DNA from: an uncultured Lachnospiraceae bacterium
Lineage (GTDB): Bacteria; Bacillota; Clostridia; Lachnospirales; Lachnospiraceae
Assembly: GCA_948470905.1 (NCBI GenBank)
Contig: CAOKQK010000001.1
Coordinates: 38,055-102,054, forward strand
Reading direction: 5' to 3'
DNA length: 64,000 nt
Under the pieces are notes generated by a model. The model saw only the letters and a list, made by a program, of their open reading frames with translations. It was not told the origin of the DNA and did not search any database. Below, piece by piece: positions 29,801 through 39,797 of this stretch. How positions within the stretch are numbered: position 1 is the stretch's first letter; each line of letters opens with the position of its first letter. A program made the translations under genes and the position numbers.

Positions 29801-30126
29801 CAGGCCAGCCCAAGCTGATATTGGGCATCCGGATTGCCCGCCTCAGCAGCCTTTGTATACCAATAGACTGCTTTTGTATAGTCCTGTTCTACGCCACAGC
29901 CTTTGCTGCAGCAATTGCCGAAGCTGCACTGGGCATCCACATTGCCCAATTTCGCAGCCCTTTCATACCATATGGCTGCCTGCTCCGGGTCCTTTTCCAT
30001 GCCCAGCCCGAACCTGCAGCACATACCCAGCTCATATTGGGCGTCCGCGTTGTCTGCCTCCGCTGCCGCCCGAAGCTTATCCATAGTAAAGCCTTTCATC
30101 AACAAACTGACATCGTGATCTGACAT
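26887..30126 (-). CDS. Sel1-like repeat protein (~25 repeats) with a poly-Asp/Glu tract
   Basis: 36-aa units AQYNLGLCYEQGDGVEQD...AFAWYQKAAEAG. RBS aagggggag before MSDHD; no signal peptide. Confidence 0.92.
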   Translation of the reverse strand: MSDHDVSLLMKGFTMDKLRAAAEADNADAQYELGMCCRFGLGMEKDPEQAAIWYERAAKLGNVDAQCSFGNCCSKGCGVEQDYTKAVYWYTKAAEAGNPDAQYQLGLACETGNGTAQDGEAAFSWYTKAAKQNHPGAMHALGRCHALGMGTAQNDEQATFWLARAVDQDSLNRYAEMYDDEDWDDKDFEDEYDDDLDDDEDSDDDEDDSDDDEDDDLDDEDDEDDEDGDLENDGDSDDDEDDAWEDEEDLDENWDAETDQSLQEAAAQYAEAAAQGDAVAQCKLAACYYNGEGVPQDTEQAIAWFTKAALQDFAPAQRCLAFYYEHGEGVPKNDGEAVRWYIKAAEGGDSDAQYELARRCETGRGVALSLSDAFTWFSKSASQKHVEAQYRLAQCYETGRGVERDLAKAAEWYLEASENGSELAGSRFHEYYNDGILNRWLTTEAKNSGDNALSAAALDKLGDNYKHGLGVKQDWSKAVEYYRAAAEAGNAQAQRSLGYCYENAQGVEQDWEQAIYWYTKGAQGGDADAQRNIGNCYYYGMGVEINYDKAFYWYTKASEQGHYEAWYQLGCCYEYGTGVEQDYVKAVDWYRKASEAGDEMAQNSLALCYKNGRGIEQDDKQAAYWYRKSAENGNSAAQNNLGSCYEHGNGVEQDYDKALYWYRKAAEQGSAFAAYNLGLCYDLGKITEQDQAQAAYWYKKAAELGDADAQLELGYRYEHGNGVEQDISQAVYWYQKAADQGNTNAQYNLGLCYEQGDGVEQDDAQAFAWYQKAAEAGDADAQLKVGCSYQSGWGLKQDMAQAVFWWTKAAEQDNAVAQFNLGVCYEDGDGVEQNQEQAALWYSRAAKQGHVGAQYEFGKCCYSGLGVAQDQQKAVLWWTKAAAQGDANAQTGLAVCYENGQGVEQDDEAAAGLYIQAARQGQEVAQYNAALCYAKGRGVEQDWDEAIKWYTQAAMQGNMSAQINLGNCYCSGRGVEKDMSMAAAWWAKAAEQGDAGSQFNIGQCLYFGNGLEQDYEQAVRWYAKAAAQGNARAQFNLGVCYENGNGVECDMDMAAALYTAAAEQGNQNAIAALERLELM

Positions 30127-30313
30127 AATACTCCCCCTTATTTTTGATAAAAGATTCAAACCAGCCTGCTTTAAAACGTGCTGTCCAAAATAAGAGCCCC
30201 TGAAAATACCTTCCGGGGTCTTTGGGCGTAGGCTGTTTTTTGTAAAAGTACAGACAGTCCCGGCTGGACTGCCCTTATTATTTTATCACAAAGAAATCAG
30301 TAAGTAAAACTCT

Positions 30314-30877
30314 TTATGGAGCCTGCATTTCTTTTTGCATTATTTTTTCAGCCTTTTTCAGGGCATCTTTTTCTTCTTTGTTCCGAGCCCGGAGCTCCGT
30401 GAAGAAAAGCTTCAGCATATCGCTGCAGGCCTGTCCCAGCACGCCCCGGGTCACTTGGACCTGATGATTGAACTGGGGCATTTCCAGCAGGTTCAGGATG
30501 GAGCCGCCGCAGCCCGCCTTGGGGTTCATGCAGCCCATGACTACTTCGGGGATGCGGGCCTGCACGATCGCGCCGGCGCACATCTGGCAGGGCTCCAGAG
30601 TGACGTAGAGAGTGCATTCTTCCAGCCGCCAGTCACCGATGAATTTGCTTGCCTTGTTGATGGCGGTGATTTCTGCATGGGAGAGGGTGTTCTTGTCTGT
30701 ATTGCGTCTGTTATAGCCCCGCCCAATGATCTTACCCTCATGGACAATGACGCAGCCAATGGGCACCTCGCCCAGCGAATATGCCTTCTTTGCCTGCTTC
30801 AATGCCTCTTTCATGTATTTTTCATGAATGCCTAAAATCTCAGCCATTCTCTGCCGCCTTTCCCGTATTTCAGCCAT
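30314..30877 (-). CDS. tadA: tRNA adenosine(34) deaminase
   Basis: GEVPIGC, HAE, TLEPCQMC and FNH; the exact start is uncertain. Confidence 0.95.
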   Translation of the reverse strand: MAEIRERRQRMAEILGIHEKYMKEALKQAKKAYSLGEVPIGCVIVHEGKIIGRGYNRRNTDKNTLSHAEITAINKASKFIGDWRLEECTLYVTLEPCQMCAGAIVQARIPEVVMGCMNPKAGCGGSILNLLEMPQFNHQVQVTRGVLGQACSDMLKLFFTELRARNKEEKDALKKAEKIMQKEMQAP

Positions 30878-30910
30878 CTCGGCATTTTGTTACCGCGGAA
30901 TAATGTCTTT

Positions 30911-31432
30911 TCACATATTTATAAGATGTTTTTCCACATCGTAATCCTTGTCGATCAAAACATAGTCACAGTCGTATTTCCGGCACATTGCCAGATAATA
31001 TGCGTTGTCTTCCAACACGGAATCCAGCGTACACCACGAGTCGTCGCCGCGCTGCTCGATTGCGCTGGCGTGCTTTTTGACATCCGAAAAATGTTGTTCA
31101 ATATAATTTCGGCTCATTACAAGACAGTAGTACCGAATTTCGTCCAGATACGTTTTCTCAAAATCCTTTTGCCAGTCGAAAGGGATATAGCAGCCCTCGA
31201 CAATGAGGTTCTGCCGGTTTTCGATAGCGGTTTTGACCATTTCCCGCACGACCGGCCACAGATAAGCCGTCAGCTTTTCATCATCCTCGGGGGTCAGGTC
31301 TGTGTAGCCGCTGCGGATCAGCCCCATTTTCAAATGATCAATGGATAAATAAGGATAGCTGTATTTCTCAAGAAGTTTTTGCGCCAGGAGAGTTTTGCCT
31401 GTATGGGAAGCGCCAGTGATCAATAGTATCAT
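30911..31432 (-). CDS. P-loop kinase-like protein (adenylate / 2-phosphoglycerate kinase-like)
   Basis: MILLITGASHTGKT, SIDHLKMGLIRSG and IVEG; RBS ggagg. Confidence 0.8.
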   Translation of the reverse strand: MILLITGASHTGKTLLAQKLLEKYSYPYLSIDHLKMGLIRSGYTDLTPEDDEKLTAYLWPVVREMVKTAIENRQNLIVEGCYIPFDWQKDFEKTYLDEIRYYCLVMSRNYIEQHFSDVKKHASAIEQRGDDSWCTLDSVLEDNAYYLAMCRKYDCDYVLIDKDYDVEKHLINM

Positions 31433-31496
31433 ATCAATATACCTCCGTTCCATATTCATGATCGCCATTTGTCGCTCAGCGGATAACCGGTGGCGT

Positions 31497-31895
31497 TCAC
31501 CCCTGATCTGCTTTCACAACCTCTGCCACATCGCCATAACCGGTCTTTTGCAGGAGACAGGTAAGCCCATCCCAAATTTCCTCTCTGGAATAATTATTTT
31601 CCAGCAGGAATGCCTCATCTTTTTCGGACAGGTACTGATAAAAAAGTGCGGCTGCTGCCAGCTCACTTTGGCTGTTGTAGTCAATGTTTTCCAACAATAT
31701 ATTTTCCGCTTCGTTGATCTCGCCATTGTCCGCCATGGCTAATAATTTGTCCAGCGGCTGTCCGGACACCTCATATCCATTTGACAGTTCCTGTTCAAAG
31801 CTGAACTGCTTTTTTCCAAACAGCAGGGCAAACAGCATCCTGACCATCTCTTTTATGACACGCATGATATAATCTTTTTCGTCTTCAAAGTTCAT
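31497..31895 (-). CDS. Hypothetical protein (DUF6483-like)
   Basis: DYIMRVIKEMVR...GEINEAEN...FY...NYSREEI..GL. Confidence 0.7.
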   Translation of the reverse strand: MNFEDEKDYIMRVIKEMVRMLFALLFGKKQFSFEQELSNGYEVSGQPLDKLLAMADNGEINEAENILLENIDYNSQSELAAAALFYQYLSEKDEAFLLENNYSREEIWDGLTCLLQKTGYGDVAEVVKADQG

Positions 31896-32236
31896 ATTTA
31901 CACACCCTCTTGCACACATACCAATCAATAATGGTATTTGATTTCTTTCTGCATCGTGTTGCAGCAGTTCCCTTTCCCGTATTTATTTTAGAGCACCGCC
32001 ATTGTAAATGCAAGTTTTTTGTGTGTGCTAATAACGGAAGCAGACAAGAGAGGTCAAGAGAAGGCAGACCGGATTACAAAATAGGCCAAAAGAGAATACA
32101 GGAAAAATTTAGTGGAAGCCTATGCTGCCTTATGGTACAATGTTGGAAAAGAGGTTCCTTGTGTGTCATAGTTTGGGCACATTATTGACTGTGACGGAAA
32201 ATTACAGTGGCAGGAGGGCAAACGGAGGTAAAAGGC

Positions 32237-32731
32237 ATGACAGATGTAGTGTTTGGCGAGTTGAGGAAAGAAGAGGATTATGGCTGGTGGGGCAGGCAGA
32301 CAATGAAATTTGGCGGGAACACATTCAATGTGGAATTGCTGATACGGCAGGGGAAAGATGACGAAATCAAGGAAATCCAGAAAAAGGCATTTCAGAGTTT
32401 CATGGAAAAATGGCCGCAGCTGCAGACAGGATTGATCGAGGCTTTGATCAAATATTATAATGAGGAAGAATACTATTCCTACGGTCCGGAGGATGAGGAG
32501 GAAGCGGCAGAATGGTGGCCGGAGATTGAGACAAAGGAGGCTCTTTTACAGGCGGTGACATTGGAAACAATCGTAATCCCCCAGGACTTCATAATGGACA
32601 GGAGGGGAAGGCGTGTATACCTGCTCTTTTCGAGGACATGGGGCGGGGAAGACCTTGATGATAACGGAATAGGCGTCAGCTACACAAACGAAGCCCTTGA
32701 TGAGATCGCTTATAAAGATATTGCGTTTTAG
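32237..32731 (+). CDS. Acidic hypothetical protein (DUF2004/DUF6985-like, possible immunity protein)
   Basis: RBS ggagg; D..FGEL...YGW and W..E...GIGV patterns. Confidence 0.6.
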   Translation: MTDVVFGELRKEEDYGWWGRQTMKFGGNTFNVELLIRQGKDDEIKEIQKKAFQSFMEKWPQLQTGLIEALIKYYNEEEYYSYGPEDEEEAAEWWPEIETKEALLQAVTLETIVIPQDFIMDRRGRRVYLLFSRTWGGEDLDDNGIGVSYTNEALDEIAYKDIAF

Positions 32732-32747
32732 ACAGGAGGTAATTGCC

Positions 32748-33572
32748 ATGGCATTTTTTAACCGTTCCAACAAAGAGAACAAGACCGTGGGCGACAGTAC
32801 GGAAACGCCCACATGCCAGCCGGAGCTTAAAGATTTTCACCCATATGATACCAATCTGGCACCGCGTATACGCTCGCTGCTTCAGGAATATCAGAACCGT
32901 ATCCCTGAGCAGAAGCCCTGCGGACGGGACGAATTTATCGCCCTGCTGGCGGGTATTGCGGCGCTGCGGAAAACGCCCGGAATCCCCGGTCCTGACCAGG
33001 TTTCTTTTACTGTATTGCCCAGCTGCGCCTCTCCGGAGGATGAGGTCGCCTGCCGGGCACATTTGAAGCGTGTGTTTGGCATTGCAGATAAGGAAACCCT
33101 GGTGGGGTTCTGCCAGCATGAGATTCAGGTCAACCGTCAGTATATGGACTTTGTGGCTTTTTGGGAAGGACAGCCGCCTTTTGCGCTGGAGGAGCTGAAT
33201 GAAGGGGCGTTGGAATTTTTCAAAGTGGCACGGGATTTCTCCGCCCAGTTTTATCCGATTGTAGGCCATCAGGGCTATCTGGCATGGGACATCAGCGAGA
33301 CCATGGGTCATCTGCGCAATGGCTATGCCTGCGGTTTGCTGAACCGCAGTGAATTTGACGCGCTGACGGAGTATTGGCTGGAGCAGACACATATTTTCAA
33401 GAACTGGGTGGAATTTGCCGCCAGCCTTATATGCGGCGAGTTATACTGGGATTTCCGCCACGGCTCCGAGCTGGGGGAGTTGAACAAGGGGCTGGATCTG
33501 TATGGGAAGCTGGTATCTATCCTTTTGGACAACGATACCGCCTGGGGCAGCGGCATGTGGTATGTGCAATAG
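32748..33572 (+). CDS. Hypothetical protein (DUF1266-like)
   Basis: RBS ggagg; L...FGI.D and AWDI.......R.GY.CG patterns. Confidence 0.65.
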   Translation: MAFFNRSNKENKTVGDSTETPTCQPELKDFHPYDTNLAPRIRSLLQEYQNRIPEQKPCGRDEFIALLAGIAALRKTPGIPGPDQVSFTVLPSCASPEDEVACRAHLKRVFGIADKETLVGFCQHEIQVNRQYMDFVAFWEGQPPFALEELNEGALEFFKVARDFSAQFYPIVGHQGYLAWDISETMGHLRNGYACGLLNRSEFDALTEYWLEQTHIFKNWVEFAASLICGELYWDFRHGSELGELNKGLDLYGKLVSILLDNDTAWGSGMWYVQ

Positions 33573-33692
33573 TGGGACTTGTTTTGGAATAAAATTATCA
33601 ATTTTGACACTTTTATTCCGAAATCGGAAAAAATATTGAAAATCTGCATATTATACGCTATAATGGGAACAGTAATGTCAGGAGGCGTAGGT

Positions 33693-34937
33693 ATGGTTCG
33701 GAGAAATGAGTATTTGGAGAAACTGCTTTCATGGAAGGATGAACAGGTTGTCAAGGTAGTCACCGGGATCCGGCGCTGTGGGAAATCCACGCTGCTCTTG
33801 CAGTATCAGCAGCATCTGCTGGAACAGGGCGTCCTTCCGGAGCAGATCGTGTCCGTAAACTTTGAAGAATTAGAGTATGAGCATCTGCTGGATTACAAGG
33901 TGTTGTATCAGTATATTAAGGAGCGGCTATGCCCGGATAAGACCAGCTATATCTTTCTGGACGAGATACAGAAGGTGGAAGGTTTTGAAAAGGCAGTGGA
34001 CAGCTTGTATGTGAAAAGCGGCACCGATATTTATATCACAGGCTCCAATTCCTATATGCTTTCCGGTGATCTGGCTACGCTGCTGACCGGACGGTATGTG
34101 GAAATTTCCATGCTCCCTCTGTCTTTTCGTGAATATCTGGAGATGACAGGGTATCTGGAGATGGCAGAGCTTCCGGCAGAGCGCGCATTTGCGGAATATA
34201 TGAGAACGGGCGGCTTCCCTTATGTTTCTGCCATGGACAGGACAGATGAGAAGGTCAATTCCTACCTGGAGGGTATTTATAATACGGTCATTGTCCGTGA
34301 TATCGAAGACCGCCAGGGGCGAAAGGAGGCAGATCCCAACAAGCGTAAGATCACGGACATTACCCTGCTCAAGACCATTGCCCGCTTCCTGGCAAGCGTG
34401 ATCGGCAGTCCCATATCCATCGGCAGTGTCGCCAATTACCTGATATCTTCCGGTCGGAAGGTATCTACCAATACTGTCAGCGATTACATGGAGGCGCTGC
34501 GGGAATCCTTTATCTTTTATCCGGCAGAACGGTTTGATATTGTGGGGAAGCAGCTTTTGAAGGCGAATCGGAAATGGTACATGGTGGACCTGGGGCTACG
34601 CAATCTGATACTGCCCAGGAAAGATTATGATCTGGGCTTTTCTGTGGAAAACATTGTTTTTTTTGAGCTGCTGCGGCGCGGCTGTCAGGTGTCGATCGGG
34701 AAATACGGAAATGCCGAGGTGGACTTTGTGGCTCAAAAAAGCGGCGTATTGACTTATTATCAGGTAACTGCGGATATGACTGCGGAAGAAGCCTTTGAAC
34801 GCGAAATGCGCCCGCTGCGGGAAATCCGCGACAATTATGAGAAGATCGTCCTGACGCTGGATCATTTCACCATCGGCAACTATGAGGGGATCAAGGTGAT
34901 CCATGTGATTGACTGGCTGACAGTTCCCGTTTCGTGA
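33693..34937 (+). CDS. AAA+ ATPase with DUF4143-type C-terminus
   Basis: GIRRCGKS, FLDEIQ, ITGSN, GGFP, KWYMVDLG, EN and EVDFV...YYQV. Confidence 0.88.
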   Translation: MVRRNEYLEKLLSWKDEQVVKVVTGIRRCGKSTLLLQYQQHLLEQGVLPEQIVSVNFEELEYEHLLDYKVLYQYIKERLCPDKTSYIFLDEIQKVEGFEKAVDSLYVKSGTDIYITGSNSYMLSGDLATLLTGRYVEISMLPLSFREYLEMTGYLEMAELPAERAFAEYMRTGGFPYVSAMDRTDEKVNSYLEGIYNTVIVRDIEDRQGRKEADPNKRKITDITLLKTIARFLASVIGSPISIGSVANYLISSGRKVSTNTVSDYMEALRESFIFYPAERFDIVGKQLLKANRKWYMVDLGLRNLILPRKDYDLGFSVENIVFFELLRRGCQVSIGKYGNAEVDFVAQKSGVLTYYQVTADMTAEEAFEREMRPLREIRDNYEKIVLTLDHFTIGNYEGIKVIHVIDWLTVPVS

Positions 34938-35169
34938 GATTGCGGAGCGGGGGGAATTTTTTCCTTCTGTTTTGTCCTGTTGTGTGATAAGATGGAATTG
35001 TATGGTGATACTGTTATAGACAAAAAAGGTGTGGGGACGATTTTGCCCTGATGCCCTGTTTCAGTTACACAAATATGACTATAATATATAAAAGCAGGGA
35101 AACATAATTTTAACAATGGCGTTTCAGGCTGTCTGTCATCTGTCTGAGGCGGGCCAGGGAGGTATGATC

Positions 35170-37455
35170 ATGAATTTAGAGCAGCAGTTAAACGAATTGA
35201 CGAAGAAAATGTATGGCAGTTCCATTGAGAAATGTACCGACGCGCAGCTGTATAACAGCGTGCTGCAGCTGACAAAGGATCTGCTGGCGGCAAAGCCTGC
35301 CATCACCGGAAAGAAAAAGGTGTACTATATTTCCATGGAATTCCTGATCGGCAAGCTTTTGTCCAACAACCTGATCAATCTGGGCATCTACGAGGAGATG
35401 AGGCAGATACTGAAAAAAAACGGCAGGAATATCGCGGCGATCGAGGAGGCGGAGCCGGAGCCTTCCCTGGGAAACGGCGGGCTGGGCAGGCTTGCGGCGT
35501 GTTTCCTGGACTCCATCGCCACGCTGGGGCTGCCCGGGGACGGTGTGGGGCTGAATTACCATTACGGGCTGTTTAAGCAGGTTTTCCGCGACAGACTGCA
35601 GAAAGCGGAGAAAAACGACTGGATAGAGGAAAATTCCTGGCTTACCAGGACCGGCGCCACGTTTGAGGTTGCCTTCGGGGACAGGAAGGTGGTTTCCGTA
35701 TTGTATGATATTGACGTGGTGGGATATCAGAACGGCTGCAACAAGCTTCATCTGTTCGATGTGGCTACCGTGGACGAGAGCCTTGTGAAAGAGGGAATTG
35801 ATTTTGACAAGACCGCTATAGAGAAGAATCTCACCCTGTTCCTGTACCCCGACGATTCCGACGAGGCTGGCAATCTGCTGCGCATTTATCAGGAGTATTT
35901 CCTGGTCAGCAGCGGTGCGCAGCTGATCGTGAAGGAATTAAAGGAAAAGGGCTGTGACCTTTACCATATGGATGAGTATGTGGCAGTACAGATCAACGAT
36001 ACCCATCCCACCATGGTGATCCCGGAGCTGATCCGGATCCTCACATGGGACGAAGGCTTTACCATGGAGGATGCGGTGAATGTGGTCAGCAGGACCTGCG
36101 CCTACACCAACCATACGATCCTGGCGGAGGCGCTGGAAAAGTGGCCCCTTGCCTACATTGAGAAAGTGGTGCCTCAGCTGGTGCCCATCATCAAGGAGCT
36201 CAGCGCCAGAGTGGCGAAGAAATATACGGACCCCAGGGTACAGATCATTGACAAGGACAAGAGGGTCCATATGGCGCACATTGATATCCATTATGGGTAC
36301 AGCGTAAACGGCGTGGCGGCGATCCATACGGATATCCTGAAAGAGACGGAGCTGAATCATTTTTATAAAATATATCCTGAGAAATTCAACAACAAGACCA
36401 ATGGCATCACCTTCCGCCGTTGGCTGCTGTCCTGCAACAGGGAGCTTGCGGAGTTGATCACACAAACCATAGGGGAAGGCTGGAAAAAAGATGCCGGGGA
36501 GCTTGAGAAGCTGCTTGGGATTGCAGAGTCCCAGGGGTGTGCCGCGGAGGAAGATCTGCTGGATGCCATTGACAGCATCAAGCAGCAGAAGAAGACTGCG
36601 CTGGCGGCCTATATCAGGGAGAAGGAAGGCGTTTCCATCGAGCCTGATTCCATCTTTGACATTCAGATCAAGCGCCTTCATGAGTACAAGCGGCAGCAGA
36701 TGAACGCCCTTTATATCATCCACAAGTATCTGGAGATCAAGGGAGGGAAGAAGCCGGTGCGTCCTGTTACCTTTATCTTTGGCGCCAAGGCTGCTCCCGC
36801 CTATGTGATCGCCCAGGATATCATCCACCTGCTTCTGGTGCTCTCCAAGATCATCAATCATGATCCGGAGGTCAGCCGTTATATGAAGGTGGTCATGGTG
36901 GAGAACTACAACGTAAGCTATGCGGAGAAACTGATTCCTGCGTGCGATGTGTCGGAGCAGATTTCCCTTGCCTCCAAGGAGGCATCCGGCACCGGCAACA
37001 TGAAGTTCATGTTAAACGGTGCGGTGACGCTGGGCACCAGCGACGGGGCGAATGTGGAGATCCATGAGCTGGTGGGCGACGACAACATCTATATTTTCGG
37101 CAAGGACAGCGACACGGTCATCCGGCACTATGAGAAGGCGGATTATGTGTCCCGTGAATATTATGAAAAGAGCCCCGGGATCAAGGCGGCGGTAGATTTC
37201 ATCATCAGCGAGAAAGCGCTGGCGGTGGGGCACAGGGAGAACCTGGAGCGCCTCTACAACGAACTTTTAAACAAGGACTGGTTCATGACGCTCCTTGACC
37301 TGGAGGACTACATTGCGGTCAAAGACAAGGCGTTTGCGGATTACGAGGACCGGGAGGGCTGGAGGAAGAAGATGCTGGTCAATATCGCCAAGGCGGGCTT
37401 CTTCTCATCGGACCGCACGATCCAGGAGTATAACAGGGATATCTGGAAGCTGTAA
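35170..37455 (+). CDS. malP: Glycogen/maltodextrin phosphorylase
   Basis: [29 protein letters not shown] and the PLP-lysine motif [10 protein letters not shown]. Confidence 0.93.
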   Translation: MNLEQQLNELTKKMYGSSIEKCTDAQLYNSVLQLTKDLLAAKPAITGKKKVYYISMEFLIGKLLSNNLINLGIYEEMRQILKKNGRNIAAIEEAEPEPSLGNGGLGRLAACFLDSIATLGLPGDGVGLNYHYGLFKQVFRDRLQKAEKNDWIEENSWLTRTGATFEVAFGDRKVVSVLYDIDVVGYQNGCNKLHLFDVATVDESLVKEGIDFDKTAIEKNLTLFLYPDDSDEAGNLLRIYQEYFLVSSGAQLIVKELKEKGCDLYHMDEYVAVQINDTHPTMVIPELIRILTWDEGFTMEDAVNVVSRTCAYTNHTILAEALEKWPLAYIEKVVPQLVPIIKELSARVAKKYTDPRVQIIDKDKRVHMAHIDIHYGYSVNGVAAIHTDILKETELNHFYKIYPEKFNNKTNGITFRRWLLSCNRELAELITQTIGEGWKKDAGELEKLLGIAESQGCAAEEDLLDAIDSIKQQKKTALAAYIREKEGVSIEPDSIFDIQIKRLHEYKRQQMNALYIIHKYLEIKGGKKPVRPVTFIFGAKAAPAYVIAQDIIHLLLVLSKIINHDPEVSRYMKVVMVENYNVSYAEKLIPACDVSEQISLASKEASGTGNMKFMLNGAVTLGTSDGANVEIHELVGDDNIYIFGKDSDTVIRHYEKADYVSREYYEKSPGIKAAVDFIISEKALAVGHRENLERLYNELLNKDWFMTLLDLEDYIAVKDKAFADYEDREGWRKKMLVNIAKAGFFSSDRTIQEYNRDIWKL

Positions 37456-37510
37456 AGGGAAGGCAGCTAAGCACGTAAGACACATTTGTGTGACAAGGAG
37501 GTATACAGGA

Positions 37511-39631
37511 ATGAAGCAAAAACTTAATTTTTTTTGGAGATTCGGCATCCTTTTCTGCTGCCTGATTTCCCTGGCGGCCTGCGGCAGGAAAGAAGAAACC
37601 ACCGGCCAGCCAGCCCCCTCCGGGACGGAGGGGGCGGCGGCTTCTCCTGATGGGGAAAATACGGACGTGGCTGTGGATGAGGACAGCTTCTATGACGTGG
37701 CGTCTGAGCTGGAAGGCGGGAAATTCCTGGGCATGCAGCTCTGGCAGGGGGAACCGGTGTAGCTGTGGATGTCAGGGCCTGTGACGGAGGTCGGTGAGAC
37801 TTTTGTATCTGTGTATATGTACCGCAGGGATGGAACCCGGGAGGTCTGCATAGAGCGGATGGCTGAAGATGCCGCCAGGAGGATCTATGTCAGAGATTCG
37901 GAAGGCTGCTGCTACACTGTGGGCGGTAAAATTGACAATAGGGAAATTGCCAGGCTGGACAGCGCCGGCAAGGTGCAGTACACTGTGCCGCTGGGAGGGA
38001 GTCTGTGGGACTTTTGTGCGCTGGCGGACGGACGGCTGGCGCTGTTGACCTCCGAGGGCAGCAGCACGGCGGGAGGATATCATCTGTTTCTGCTGGATCC
38101 GCAGGGGAAGCTCACCGCTGTCTTTGAAGGGGAGAAGATGAACGGAAGCCCTGTTTTGGGAGTATCCGGAGACGGGCTGTTAATGCTGTTGGAGGACTAT
38201 GTATACCGGGTGAACCTCACGGACGGGAAACGGGAGCATGTTTATTCTTTCCGGCAGACCGCTTATACGGTGACGGAAGTCATGGGGCTGTTAAACGATA
38301 TACAGGATTTTAAAATGGAGGAGGACGGCAGTTTCCTGATCCTTCGTTCCGATTCTTACGGAAATGGGAGATGTGAGGCAATAAGACCGGTGGTTTTGGA
38401 CAAGGACAGGAAAGACGTGGTGCTGCGGACCGTGGCTTACATAAGTGGGGAGACCTGGCTGAAAGAGCGGATCCTGGAATTTAACAATTCCCAGGAAGAG
38501 TACAGGGTTGTTATCGATGCCCTGGAGGACGGGGATGACTTTGATGATTTTGTCACGATCACCGGTGTGGAGCTTGCCACCGGGAAGGGACCGGAGATCC
38601 TGATGGGCAGCCTTCTGGCCGGATCTGCAGACGGGCTGATAGAAAAAGGTATCCTGATGGATCTGGCTCCATTGATGGAGCAGTCGGGGATCAGGGAGGA
38701 GGATTATTTTCCGGCAACATTTGACCTGTGGAGGACAGGGGACAGCATATATTGTCTTTTATATGACATATGGGCGCAGGAACAATTGATGAGCACGGCT
38801 ATACTGGGGGATGTGAGAGAACCCTCCATAGGGCAGCTGGCGGATGCCATGCTGGCGTACCCGGAGCAGGCGGTGTATTATGGCACGGTGTACGGCAAAA
38901 ATTCGGCGCCCATGATCCTCACCGAGTTCCTTCAGGGGTCTGAGACGCTCTGGGGGATGATAGACTGGGAAAAGGGAACCTGTGATTTTGGCGGGGAGCT
39001 GTTTGGAAAGCTTATGGAGGCCGCAAAGCGATATCAGCGTGATGAGGGGAGCGCTCAAACCCAAATTACAACGAAAAAGTATTTGAGTTCATTCAATGGA
39101 ATATACTATAATTTTCTCACCGGGGCGGAGTCTGAGGCGGAGGGATATGTGCCCATAGGATTTTTGTTTGATGACGGACATCATCCGGTTCTTACAACGG
39201 CACAGTCGGAAAGGTGCTCGCTGATGCTCAATGCCAATGCCGCCAACAGGGACGGAGCATGGGAATTCCTGAAGTTTTTGCTGAGTGAGGAGGCGCAGGA
39301 GAAGCTTTCGGATGTGCTGCTGGCCGATATGCCGGTAAAAAAGAGCGTTTTTCGGGCGCAGATAGAGAAAGAAATCAAGGAAGGTCCGGGAAAGAATCTT
39401 GATAAAAGCAGAATGCTTTTTGAAGGTTCCCTCACAAGAGAGCGCGCGGACGAGATAGAGGCGTTTCTTGAGAGTGCCCGCGCCCTGCCATACAAGACAG
39501 AGCCTGTCCTTGAGATCATTCGGGAGGAGTCACAGGATTATTTTAACGGCAGCAAGAGTATAGAGCAGGTGGCGGACATCATAGAGAACCGGGTACAGAC
39601 GTATCTGGATGAGCAGAGGAAAAAGAAATAA
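37511..39631 (+). pseudogene. Extracellular solute-binding lipoprotein interrupted by an in-frame TAG at 37760-37762
   Basis: Lipobox LAAC, then ...QGEPV*LWMSG... continuing in the same frame into a 620-aa ORF with binding-protein features (FN, G.GPEIL, DLAPL, AWEFLKFLLS, QTYLDE). Confidence 0.8.
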
Positions 39632-39675
39632 AAACAGATTTCTGCAGACCATAGGGACGTAAAACAAAAAGAAAT

Positions 39676-39710
39676 CAAAAAAGACAGTTTTTGGCGGGCT
39701 GTCTTTTTTG
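39676..39710 (+). terminator. Rho-independent terminator
   Basis: caaaaaagacag ... ctgtcttttttg. Confidence 0.75.
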
Positions 39711-39797
39711 TTTGCCTGCATTTTTATCCGTAAATTGGGAAAACTAGGTTTAGCTGTATAAATATCAAAAACAAAAAACAGATAGGAGATTGCAGTT

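Noticed and set aside
29028-30086. Thr/Met-rich and His/Pro/Arg-rich repetitive ORFs
   Set aside because: Alternative frames of the Asp/Glu codon tract in the Sel1 gene.
37760-37762. Pyrrolysine or genome-wide TAG recoding
   Set aside because: TAG terminates many normal genes here (tkt, amidase, GNAT, malQ, gpmA) and no pyl genes are visible.
39716-39745. SigF/SigG-like promoter before the sugar-binding protein
   Set aside because: gcatt...gggaaaacta is only a partial match with off spacing.
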